54,466 nucleotides of DNA from positions 1 to 54,466 of IMG/VR virus record IMGVR_UViG_3300031965_000432. One strand, given 5' to 3'. The position numbers and the translations under genes are program-made. Numbering within the stretch: the stretch's first letter is position 1; each line of letters begins with the position of its first letter. This stretch comes from a virus (taxonomy: Duplodnaviria > Caudoviricetes). Below the pieces are notes generated by a model. That model was not told the origin of the DNA. It made no database searches and saw only the letters and a program-made list of their open reading frames with translations. Below, one piece after another: positions 29,250 through 36,993 of this stretch.

Positions 29250-29923
29250 TCGTTCGGCTTCCACGTCTTAGTGAGAATGTCCCGCGTCTCGTTGATCACA
29301 CCCCACCACGGCCCGCGGCTCAGAGTGTGCGAGTCCGGATGCCGGCGCATGTTCGCGAGCGGCGTCCCTTCGGCGACGCGGTAGATCGTGCCAGCGTCCG
29401 GATTACCCATGAGGATCGATAGCACGGCGGCGTCCATTGCCCCGCTGCCGGACTCCGGCGGGAATCCGCCCAGCCGACGCCAGCCGTCTCGATGCACCAT
29501 GGCGTAGTTGCAGGGGATCGTCTGAACTTCCTGATTGTTCATATATCGGACGGTCACGGCGTAGTAGCCGCGCGGGTCCTTGCGGCGCTCCCATTCCTCA
29601 AGACACGCCTCTAAGCATCCGGACTCGAGCGTATCGTCGGAGGCCATCATGAAGCAGAGGTCATAGGGGGACGATCCGATACCCTGGTTCCATCCCGCGC
29701 CCGGACCGAGCGTCCAATGCCCATCAATCCACGTTGTCACGCGGTCAATCTCATGATGCTCGCGAAGCGCTGCATATAGATCCCGCCACGAGCCGCCATC
29801 ATTGACGACGATCAAGCAGTCTGGCGGTCTAGTCTGCGCCGCGATGCTCGCCAGCGCCTCCGGCAGCCACCGCCGATGATGCGGCTTGGGGCCAACGGGC
29901 ATTACTACAGATATCACGGACAC
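29246..29923 (-). CDS. GT2 glycosyltransferase
   Basis: ISVVMPV, VVNDGGS, MASDD, LGGF. Confidence 0.85.
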   Translation of the reverse strand: MSVISVVMPVGPKPHHRRWLPEALASIAAQTRPPDCLIVVNDGGSWRDLYAALREHHEIDRVTTWIDGHWTLGPGAGWNQGIGSSPYDLCFMMASDDTLESGCLEACLEEWERRKDPRGYYAVTVRYMNNQEVQTIPCNYAMVHRDGWRRLGGFPPESGSGAMDAAVLSILMGNPDAGTIYRVAEGTPLANMRRHPDSHTLSRGPWWGVINETRDILTKTWKPNE

Positions 29924-29939
29924 CCTCCGATCGGCGCGC

Positions 29940-30761
29940 CTATTCGCGCGTCGCTGCCATTGTACGCCAACAGTCCTCTATCACATCGGGCATCATCTCG
30001 TCCCACGTTGGAAGCTTGATTCCTAGCCCGCTCCAGCGCACCGATCCGAGCCCCCTGTAAATGACCGGGGTATCGACGCGCCGCACTGTCACCGGCAGCC
30101 CGCATTCGAACGCGATCCGGTCCAGTAGATCGGCCTTCGTGACCAATTCGCCCGGTACGTGCACAGTTCCGAATAGTCCACTTCGCGCCCATTTCGCTAG
30201 CTCGACCAAGACTCGCGCATATGCGCGAACGTAGAGGCCGCTGTAGTGCGCGTTCGTCCAGCCATCGATGACGCCCTCTTGCTGTCTCAGCCACGCCAGC
30301 ATCCCGGACTGCCACGAGACGAACGACCCGCGTACGTTCAGCACGTGGTCCGCCTGGACCTCGCCGACTAACTTCGAACGGCCGTATAGGTCGAGAGGGT
30401 CAGGAGTAGTGTCCTCGTAACGTGGACCCGGATCGCGACCGTTGAATACGCAATCGGTTGAGACGTGAACGATGGGGCAGCCGGTTTGCATCGCCAAGAC
30501 ATGCGGACCATACGCATTCGATCTAACTACATCGCCAGCCTCCTCGGGCGTGAGCGCCGTTCCATGCGTGACAGGCTCGCCCGCGCAGTTGATTACTACG
30601 TCATCCGAAGCGACTTGGCTGCCTAGCCATTTCGCGTGCTGCCTATTCGTAATGTCAATCCGTTGACGTCGGTACCCTTCAACGTCCACGCCAAGCGCCG
30701 TTGCCGCCTCTATCACCGCCCGTCCAAGCACGCCGCCGCCGCCGGTGACATGGATCCTCAT
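29940..30761 (-). CDS. RmlD-like dTDP-4-dehydrorhamnose reductase family SDR
   Basis: VTGGGGVLG, VINCAG, HVSTDCVF.G, YGRSKL.GE. Confidence 0.88.
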   Translation of the reverse strand: MRIHVTGGGGVLGRAVIEAATALGVDVEGYRRQRIDITNRQHAKWLGSQVASDDVVINCAGEPVTHGTALTPEEAGDVVRSNAYGPHVLAMQTGCPIVHVSTDCVFNGRDPGPRYEDTTPDPLDLYGRSKLVGEVQADHVLNVRGSFVSWQSGMLAWLRQQEGVIDGWTNAHYSGLYVRAYARVLVELAKWARSGLFGTVHVPGELVTKADLLDRIAFECGLPVTVRRVDTPVIYRGLGSVRWSGLGIKLPTWDEMMPDVIEDCWRTMAATRE

Positions 30762-30892
30762 GGAAGCGTCCCGTATGGCCCAAACGCCCACGTAAGCAAT
30801 GCGACGCCTCCCCAGACGACAGCGCATAACAGGACCGCTACTGCCAGGTAGGATGCGCCTAAAACAAAGCAGCCTAGAGGCGTCTGGATCAT
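30758..30892 (-). CDS. small membrane protein (44 aa)
   Basis: Hand-translated MIQTPLGCFVLGASYLAVAVLLCAVVWGG...; ATGA overlaps on both sides. Confidence 0.55.
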   Translation of the reverse strand: MIQTPLGCFVLGASYLAVAVLLCAVVWGGVALLTWAFGPYGTLP

Positions 30893-31833
30893 ATCGTTCT
30901 CCCTAGTGCTACCATCGCGCGGAATTGCTCCGGCGTGATCCAGCCGCTCGGCTTGTCGCTGGCGTACGCCTTCAATGGCTCGGCGCGTACGGGCGGCTCA
31001 ACCATCGAGTGCAGTAGGTAGTGCCCGTCGAACGATTCCGCCCAGTAGGATTCTTGCTCTTGTAGCAGGTCCTCATGGACCTTCTCGCCGGGACGCATTC
31101 CAATGATCGTTACCTCGGCGTCGGGATATAACGCGCGAGCCATCTTGCCTACGCTCATGGCAGGCATCCGCGGAATATAGATCAGACCCTTCGATAGCGT
31201 CGATGCCGCGAGCACGATATCAACCGCCGAATTCGCATCGATCCAGAATCGCGTGATGCCCGGATTAGTCACCGTCAATGGCTCGCCGCGCGCCGCCTGC
31301 GCATCCCATATCGGAATCACGCTGCCCGTCGATCCGACCACGTTGCCGTATCGCGCAAGAGCGAACTCTGTCACGGCCGTTTGGCGTGCTGCCTCCTGAA
31401 ATATCCGCTCGAGAAGTGCCTTCGTCAGTCCGTAGGTATTCACCGCTCGTGCCGCTTTGTCGGTGGATATCCCCACGACCTTACGTACGCCCATACGCAC
31501 TGCCGCGCGCGCGACGTTCCGTGTACCGTCAACGTTCACCGCTAGGCATTCGGATACGTCCCACTCAGCCTGGGGGATGTGTTTCAAAGCCGCTAGATGC
31601 AATACGGTGTCGTGTCCGGCGATTACGCGCTCGACGCTCGCATAGTCGCGCACGTCGCCGAGCTGCAGGCTCAGAACGAGATCGGGGAATTGCCGGCGGA
31701 GCGCCGCCTGTTTCATAGGGTCGCGGCTTAGGATCGTGAATCGCGCGGGCCATTTTTCGAGGGATGCTCTGCGCAGAATCGCGCGGCCCAGGAAGCCCGA
31801 GCCTCCGGTGATACAGATCGATCCGCTAAGCAT
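30889..31833 (-). CDS. UDP-GlcNAc 4,6-dehydratase (PseB/CapD-like)
   Basis: ITGGSGFLG, GDVRD, HLAALKHIP, ISTDKA, YGLTK, RYGNVVGSTGSVIP, RPGEKVHE. Confidence 0.92.
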   Translation of the reverse strand: MLSGSICITGGSGFLGRAILRRASLEKWPARFTILSRDPMKQAALRRQFPDLVLSLQLGDVRDYASVERVIAGHDTVLHLAALKHIPQAEWDVSECLAVNVDGTRNVARAAVRMGVRKVVGISTDKAARAVNTYGLTKALLERIFQEAARQTAVTEFALARYGNVVGSTGSVIPIWDAQAARGEPLTVTNPGITRFWIDANSAVDIVLAASTLSKGLIYIPRMPAMSVGKMARALYPDAEVTIIGMRPGEKVHEDLLQEQESYWAESFDGHYLLHSMVEPPVRAEPLKAYASDKPSGWITPEQFRAMVALGRTI

Positions 31834-31836
31834 ACT

Positions 31837-31958
31837 CACCCTCCGATGATGGCCGGCGCGCGCTCGGAGGGTGTTCCCCACGCGCGCCGGCCATACTCAT
31901 GCTACACGATGGGCGCGCCGGGTCCCGGAGGAAGCCAGCACACACGGCGCGCCCAATC
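31837..31958 (-). promoter_or_regulatory. structured leader with anti-SD pseudoknot candidate
   Basis: 14-bp stem 31849-31862/31881-31894; loop segment 31864-31873 complementary to 31837-31846, which covers the SD; second 10-bp stem 31911-31920/31945-31954. Confidence 0.6.
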
Positions 31959-31970
31959 GAATCGTATCAG

Positions 31971-32192
31971 TTAGCTGGGGCAGCCGAGTCCGCGCATCTT
32001 TACCGCCGTGATATTGGCGTAATAGTCCGCAGTCTCATTGCCAATATCCTCGAATCCCGCCTTGACGTCGCGCAACCCGCGGCATTCCTCGAGGATTGCC
32101 TCTACGCCTGCGATGTGCTCGCTAGCGCTGGGCTCCGTCGTGCAGGCGCCTAGGGCAGCCACAAATACTAAACCGACTATGAATCGTTTCAT
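31971..32192 (-). CDS. small lipoprotein
   Basis: MKRFIVGLVFVAALGAC lipobox; GGAGG SD. Confidence 0.7.
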   Translation of the reverse strand: MKRFIVGLVFVAALGACTTEPSASEHIAGVEAILEECRGLRDVKAGFEDIGNETADYYANITAVKMRGLGCPS

Positions 32193-32208
32193 TGCACCCT
32201 CCGAATTA

Positions 32209-32895
32209 TTACGTCGAACTATCTTTATGGACTGTAGCACGGACATGTCCGCGTTTGATTGATTCGATCTGCTGCCGTCTGCGATCTGGCGTTAGCGAGG
32301 CCCACCATTGGCGGCGTGCCTCTGCCATGTTTTTTCGGGCCTGAGCGCTATGCCTACTTCTACCAGCGCGCACCTTATCGCCGTTGTTGTCTGCAGGCGT
32401 CCCGGCCCGTAAGTGCCCCGGGTTGCAGCAGGGTGGATTGTGACATGAATGCATCACAACAAGGTCAGACGGGACCGACGTTCCTGTGAGCATCAGAGCA
32501 ACGCGATGCGCCTTAGCGTCGAGTCCGTTATTCCACTTGGCTGCGATGCCGTATCCGTCCCGGTCCCGCTTCCCGGTCCACGGCCAACAAGCTTCTAGGC
32601 CAGCGGATACATCAACCTTGGCCCAGAATCGTTCTTCACGCGGCGGACCGCCGATGGGAATCGCGTCCATCGCGCTACCCGTTCGGTACCAGCGCGCATG
32701 GTGCGATCGGCACATGCCCCGACTCCAGGCCAGGCGGTCACACGTATCGATGCTACAGGGAGCACCAGGGTTACGGGGTTGAACCAGGCGCGTATCCCAA
32801 TCAGGACATCCGGCTCTCTTGCGCTTGTAGTGCGTAGAACAAAGTTCCGCGCGACGCACCACACGTCCACAATCTGCCACACTGCATATCGGCAT
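32209..32895 (-). CDS. free-standing HNH homing endonuclease
   Basis: Two C....C......C..H fingers, RFWAKVD..CWPWTG..GYG, AHRVA, HSCHNPPCCNPGHL..GT..DN. Confidence 0.9.
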   Translation of the reverse strand: MPICSVADCGRVVRRAELCSTHYKRKRAGCPDWDTRLVQPRNPGAPCSIDTCDRLAWSRGMCRSHHARWYRTGSAMDAIPIGGPPREERFWAKVDVSAGLEACWPWTGKRDRDGYGIAAKWNNGLDAKAHRVALMLTGTSVPSDLVVMHSCHNPPCCNPGHLRAGTPADNNGDKVRAGRSRHSAQARKNMAEARRQWWASLTPDRRRQQIESIKRGHVRATVHKDSST

Positions 32896-32920
32896 GGGGA
32901 ACCATTCCTTCCTTGTGCCT

Positions 32921-32951
32921 GAGGCCGGGGAGCACCTAACTCCCCGGCCTC
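32921..32951 (-). terminator. stem-loop downstream of the major capsid gene
   Basis: gaggccggggag/ctccccggcctc 12-bp perfect stem. Confidence 0.6.
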
Positions 32952-32961
32952 TAAGTTTACC

Positions 32962-34470
32962 TTACGCGCTAAGCCAGCCACCCGAGTAGTAGCTCGGGGC
33001 CGACCGACTCGTAGCGCCACCGTCAACGAAGTATGGGTCGCCGGGGTTAGCGTCGCGTACGTGCTGCAATGGCGAGTAGCACACATTTTGTATGCGCCCT
33101 GCGAGCTGCGGGGTGAGCAACCGGATACGCGGCTCGATCTTCGCGAGCCATTGCACGCACCAGTTATTAGGCGGCTTGTTGTGCCAGAGGAACCTTCCGC
33201 CGTCCGTGGTGAAGTAGTACGAACTCAAATTACCCTGGCTAATCTGGCTCATCGCGCCGTTCTCGCCGTCGTAGTTGAGGTACTCCCAGTACAGCGCAGG
33301 CATCCCACCGAGGATCGTCAACGGAACCAAGTAGATGTCACTGGCAAAGCTGCCGGCGTCGACTTGACCCTGGTTGACGTTCGTCTCCTCAGGAATCCAC
33401 GTGTCCTGGATAACCTCGATGCGCATGCCGTCGATCAGCAGGTACGAACCGTTGCGCATGTTGTCGCGCATAGAGATTGCGTCTCCTGCGTCGACCACGA
33501 CGCGCTCGCCTGAGTCGCTGGTAACCATGCAGCGATCAGTGAGGTACGCGCACGCCCAGATTGCCGTCAGCTCGTAGAACAGGTCCGGGCGCATTACAAA
33601 GGCCCACGTCACCGGCTCGAGCCCCGTCTGCCGCGAGATCCACTTGAGGTACTTGACCAGGTTGCGAATCACGACAACCAGATTGGCGTTCGTGGCTGCG
33701 TCGGCGCCGACGCACGCGTAGTTGAAGTCCTTGATATCCGAATCAAGGCTCGGGCATGCCGTGTTCGTAAGAACGTCAACGTGGCCCGTGCTGATCAGGA
33801 TATCGATGCCCGCAAACTCTTTGGTACCACCACCCGCGCTGTTGTTGGCCGGGTTGCCGGTGTAGGTCTCGACGCCCAGCTTGCGCTGGAAGTACAAGGC
33901 CATCGGCATCCAGGCCATGATCACGTCGCGAAGGATCTCTTCGCTGCGTCCGCCTGGAGTTGACGGCGTGATCGGCGCGAGCTGCTCCATAAGGAACGAG
34001 TTGACCAATCGAAGGTCGTTGAACTCGCCGCGGTTGATCCGCTGTCCGAGCCGGTCGACCTCCAGTACCTTCGACTGCACCGACGTACGCCCGAATTGCG
34101 TAGTACCGATGCAGTTCTTGACGAGCCCAGCTTCCTGAGGATCGTCACAAACACCGTCCGCCACGTTCCCAGTAGCATCTTGCACGCCAGTGATATACGC
34201 GGTGAGCGGGTCCGTGAACATCGACCCAAACGCGGGGAGCCGGTTCGCAAGCCCGAATCCCTGGATCATGGTGTGGATCACACCAGCATCCAGGCCCGCC
34301 ACGCCGAAGATTCCGCCAGGCCCCGTCATATAGTTCGTAGTCGGCGTATCGCTGGGCAGATCGCGGCGCCCGCTCACCTGCCCAGGTTCATCGCCCCCGA
34401 GCACCTGAATGGCCCGGCCCAGGTCGGCCAGTGCGCGCTGTGTACGTTCGTCCAACATCGTCGCGGGCAT
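32962..34470 (-). CDS. major capsid protein
   Basis: Size and position after protease/scaffold, AGGAGG SD, downstream hairpin, G....EF.GID.L and FVMRP motifs. Confidence 0.75.
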   Translation of the reverse strand: MPATMLDERTQRALADLGRAIQVLGGDEPGQVSGRRDLPSDTPTTNYMTGPGGIFGVAGLDAGVIHTMIQGFGLANRLPAFGSMFTDPLTAYITGVQDATGNVADGVCDDPQEAGLVKNCIGTTQFGRTSVQSKVLEVDRLGQRINRGEFNDLRLVNSFLMEQLAPITPSTPGGRSEEILRDVIMAWMPMALYFQRKLGVETYTGNPANNSAGGGTKEFAGIDILISTGHVDVLTNTACPSLDSDIKDFNYACVGADAATNANLVVVIRNLVKYLKWISRQTGLEPVTWAFVMRPDLFYELTAIWACAYLTDRCMVTSDSGERVVVDAGDAISMRDNMRNGSYLLIDGMRIEVIQDTWIPEETNVNQGQVDAGSFASDIYLVPLTILGGMPALYWEYLNYDGENGAMSQISQGNLSSYYFTTDGGRFLWHNKPPNNWCVQWLAKIEPRIRLLTPQLAGRIQNVCYSPLQHVRDANPGDPYFVDGGATSRSAPSYYSGGWLSA

Positions 34471-34500
34471 GTGTGCGCCCTCCTGTGGCCGGTCCCGGCC

Positions 34501-36084
34501 CTAGTTCGAGAGACCCGCGAGCGGGCCAAGGACTGAGTTACGAATCGCTTTCACCAACGGACGATCTTCTTCGTCCATAGGATCGGACTTCACACCCAGC
34601 CCGTTCTCCGAACGACGCCCGTCGACTACCGTATCCTTCGAGGTCGATGCTTCAAATGCACCGGCCCACGCGCTCGATGCGGCTCGCGGTCGAATCTCGT
34701 CGGCCACGCGCTCATCCGCGCTGCGCTTGAGGTCTCGCTGCCCGGCCTCGATCTGATCGATCCGAGCAAGGAGCGCGTCCTGCTTAGCGCGAGTATCAGT
34801 TACAAACTCCGCGAGCCGATCGCGTAGGTCGTCAAGGCCGAGCAGTCCTCGAATCGCCGCTACCTCACGCTCGCCGATCGCGGCCTCCCCAGGCGATTCG
34901 GTTGCGGGCGCTGACTCAGGCTCATCGGCAGAGGCTTCCGCAACGGGCGCCTCTGCGTCCGTAGCGACGACTTCCGCCTCTGCTTCCTCACGTTTTTCAA
35001 TCTTGGCGTCGGCCATGTCGCCGGCCGTCGCGGCAAGCTGAGACTCTACCGCGTCGACCATTCCAGATCCGAACAACTTGTCCATAAGATCGCGCTTAGC
35101 GGGCTCAATCGGCATATTCCGTTCCTCCTGTTGGCTGACGCCGAACGCCGTCCATGGGTTCGACGCCGCTTCACGGGGTAGCGGCCCCCGCTCTAATACT
35201 ACAAAATCCTCAAACAAGTTAGGATCAGTCTCATTTGGAATCGCAACGAATTGGTGGCTCATTGCCATACGCGCGTCGGCAAGCTTCGGCGCCGCGTCGG
35301 CCCATTCCGGTTTGATCTTGCCCCACTCAACGAGGAACGCCGCATCGCCCTCTTCGGCTAGCGCGCATCCCTCACACGTCGCGAAGCTCGTGAACGGGGT
35401 ATGCCAGAACCAAACATCGCCTGCCGGAAGTCCAGTATCACGGGCCTGTACGTATCGCTTGATGGCTTCGCGGCCAAACCAAGTCTCGTGCGAATCTTTG
35501 CCGTTGTTGGAGGTGACGCCGATCCACCACCAAGCGCCTTCTGCGTCCTGGAATGTTCGGAACCCGCTGACCAGCTCGCGCGGCGCCGGCTTGTCACCGA
35601 ATATCCCGCGAACCTTGGAGATCGCGGCTCGGACCACCTTGGCCACTGCGCGCTCGCCTACAACTTCGACTTCCAATGGTTCAGGTTCATACGTTGGAAT
35701 CGCTTCGAATCGATCGGAGTGACCGCTGGGCAAGATTGGATCGGGCCAACTCTCCACAACCGCGCAGTTCGATCCTTCGAACCACCGACAGCGCAGACAA
35801 CTTTCCGCGCCGCCGTTCGCCACGCCTCCGAACGGCGTGTAGTTGGCATCCTCCTGTGGAACGCGACTCGCCATCGATGCGGGCATTGCAACATCTGCGC
35901 CGTAGTAATCCCGCTGCCCCTTGGCAACGCCGTTCGCTACGCGCATCGCCTTGCCTTCACAATCGTCGCCCTCGCAGTCGGCCATGGTTTCGTTGAATGC
36001 CGAGACCCATTGGCGACGCTTCGCGATGGATAGTTCCTTGACGTGATCCGGTAACTTCGGGTCACTCGCTCCGCTATAGGGCAT
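34501..36084 (-). CDS. ChaB-domain / prohead protease-scaffold-like protein
   Basis: N-terminal MPY....LP..VK....RQW..AFN (ChaB), central D...E/T.F...WH region, acidic coiled-coil C-terminus; precedes the MCP. Confidence 0.6.
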   Translation of the reverse strand: MPYSGASDPKLPDHVKELSIAKRRQWVSAFNETMADCEGDDCEGKAMRVANGVAKGQRDYYGADVAMPASMASRVPQEDANYTPFGGVANGGAESCLRCRWFEGSNCAVVESWPDPILPSGHSDRFEAIPTYEPEPLEVEVVGERAVAKVVRAAISKVRGIFGDKPAPRELVSGFRTFQDAEGAWWWIGVTSNNGKDSHETWFGREAIKRYVQARDTGLPAGDVWFWHTPFTSFATCEGCALAEEGDAAFLVEWGKIKPEWADAAPKLADARMAMSHQFVAIPNETDPNLFEDFVVLERGPLPREAASNPWTAFGVSQQEERNMPIEPAKRDLMDKLFGSGMVDAVESQLAATAGDMADAKIEKREEAEAEVVATDAEAPVAEASADEPESAPATESPGEAAIGEREVAAIRGLLGLDDLRDRLAEFVTDTRAKQDALLARIDQIEAGQRDLKRSADERVADEIRPRAASSAWAGAFEASTSKDTVVDGRRSENGLGVKSDPMDEEDRPLVKAIRNSVLGPLAGLSN

Positions 36085-36119
36085 ATGGTGCAGCCTCGAC
36101 GCGCATTGGCGCTAGCGTA

Positions 36120-36617
36120 TCACGCTCGCGAATGCAAGGACTTCAAGAACGCAGCCCGCAGCAACGTCCGCATATTGCGCTCGCGGCGTTTCTCAATGGT
36201 CTTGGCAAAGTTCCGCGCCGCCGTGCCGGGATGATGTACGACCCTCGCTGTCACGAACGGCCCACTCGATCCGCCCGCGCTACTGCTAATGATCCCCGGG
36301 CGTGTCTTGGCGCGGTGACTACCACGGAAGCGCAACACACGAGCACGTCTCGGGCGAATGATGTGCGGACGCGTGCCCTGATCAACGTAGCCGTAAATCG
36401 TATCCCGCGTGGTAACCGCGCCGACTAGCGCGGCACCTGTACTATGCGCCCGATCGATCTTGAATGCGACATTGTGCCGCCACGTCGCCGTGGTCTTTTG
36501 GAAGTCGTCATTGATGATATTCAGCCCGTGATTGACCGCGCCCTTTAGCTCACGATCGAGCATCGGCAGGTCGACGAGCTTGCCCTTAGGCACAATCGCA
36601 ACAAGTCGAATGTTCAT
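36120..36617 (-). CDS. HK97 gp10-like neck/tail-completion protein
   Basis: YVDQGTRPHIIRP....L.F, VHHPGT.ARNF. Confidence 0.8.
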   Translation of the reverse strand: MNIRLVAIVPKGKLVDLPMLDRELKGAVNHGLNIINDDFQKTTATWRHNVAFKIDRAHSTGAALVGAVTTRDTIYGYVDQGTRPHIIRPRRARVLRFRGSHRAKTRPGIISSSAGGSSGPFVTARVVHHPGTAARNFAKTIEKRRERNMRTLLRAAFLKSLHSRA

Positions 36618-36991
36618 TCGAAGAAGCTCGACCATTCACCGGTCTGGTCGTTCCAGTGTTGCAACTCGCACCTACAGTTAGAGTGGCATTGGTCGCTACC
36701 ATCACCCGGCAGGCCGCCGCATATAGCAAGCATCGTATCCCAGTCAGTATAGATTCCCGCTTTCGGCGGGCACGTCTCGCAGTGCGCAGCGCCGTCGTCT
36801 AGCACGCGCCGTACACGGTTATCGATCGGGCGATCGTTGACGCGCGCCGCCTGCGTCTCAGCATCGAGCGTTGCGCCCATGCCCTCCCAAATCAACGACC
36901 AGAACGCCCCGCTATAGAGCGACGCACGGCTAGCGATAGCGTCTGCCGCATCCGCGAATACGATCTCAATCGTTACGCCAACGCCGGGCAT
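36614..36991 (-). CDS. MuF (SPP1 gp7)-like minor head protein, C-terminal domain only
   Basis: HCETC...LPG....CHSNCRCEL. Confidence 0.65.
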   Translation of the reverse strand: MPGVGVTIEIVFADAADAIASRASLYSGAFWSLIWEGMGATLDAETQAARVNDRPIDNRVRRVLDDGAAHCETCPPKAGIYTDWDTMLAICGGLPGDGSDQCHSNCRCELQHWNDQTGEWSSFFE

Positions 36992-36993
36992 CG

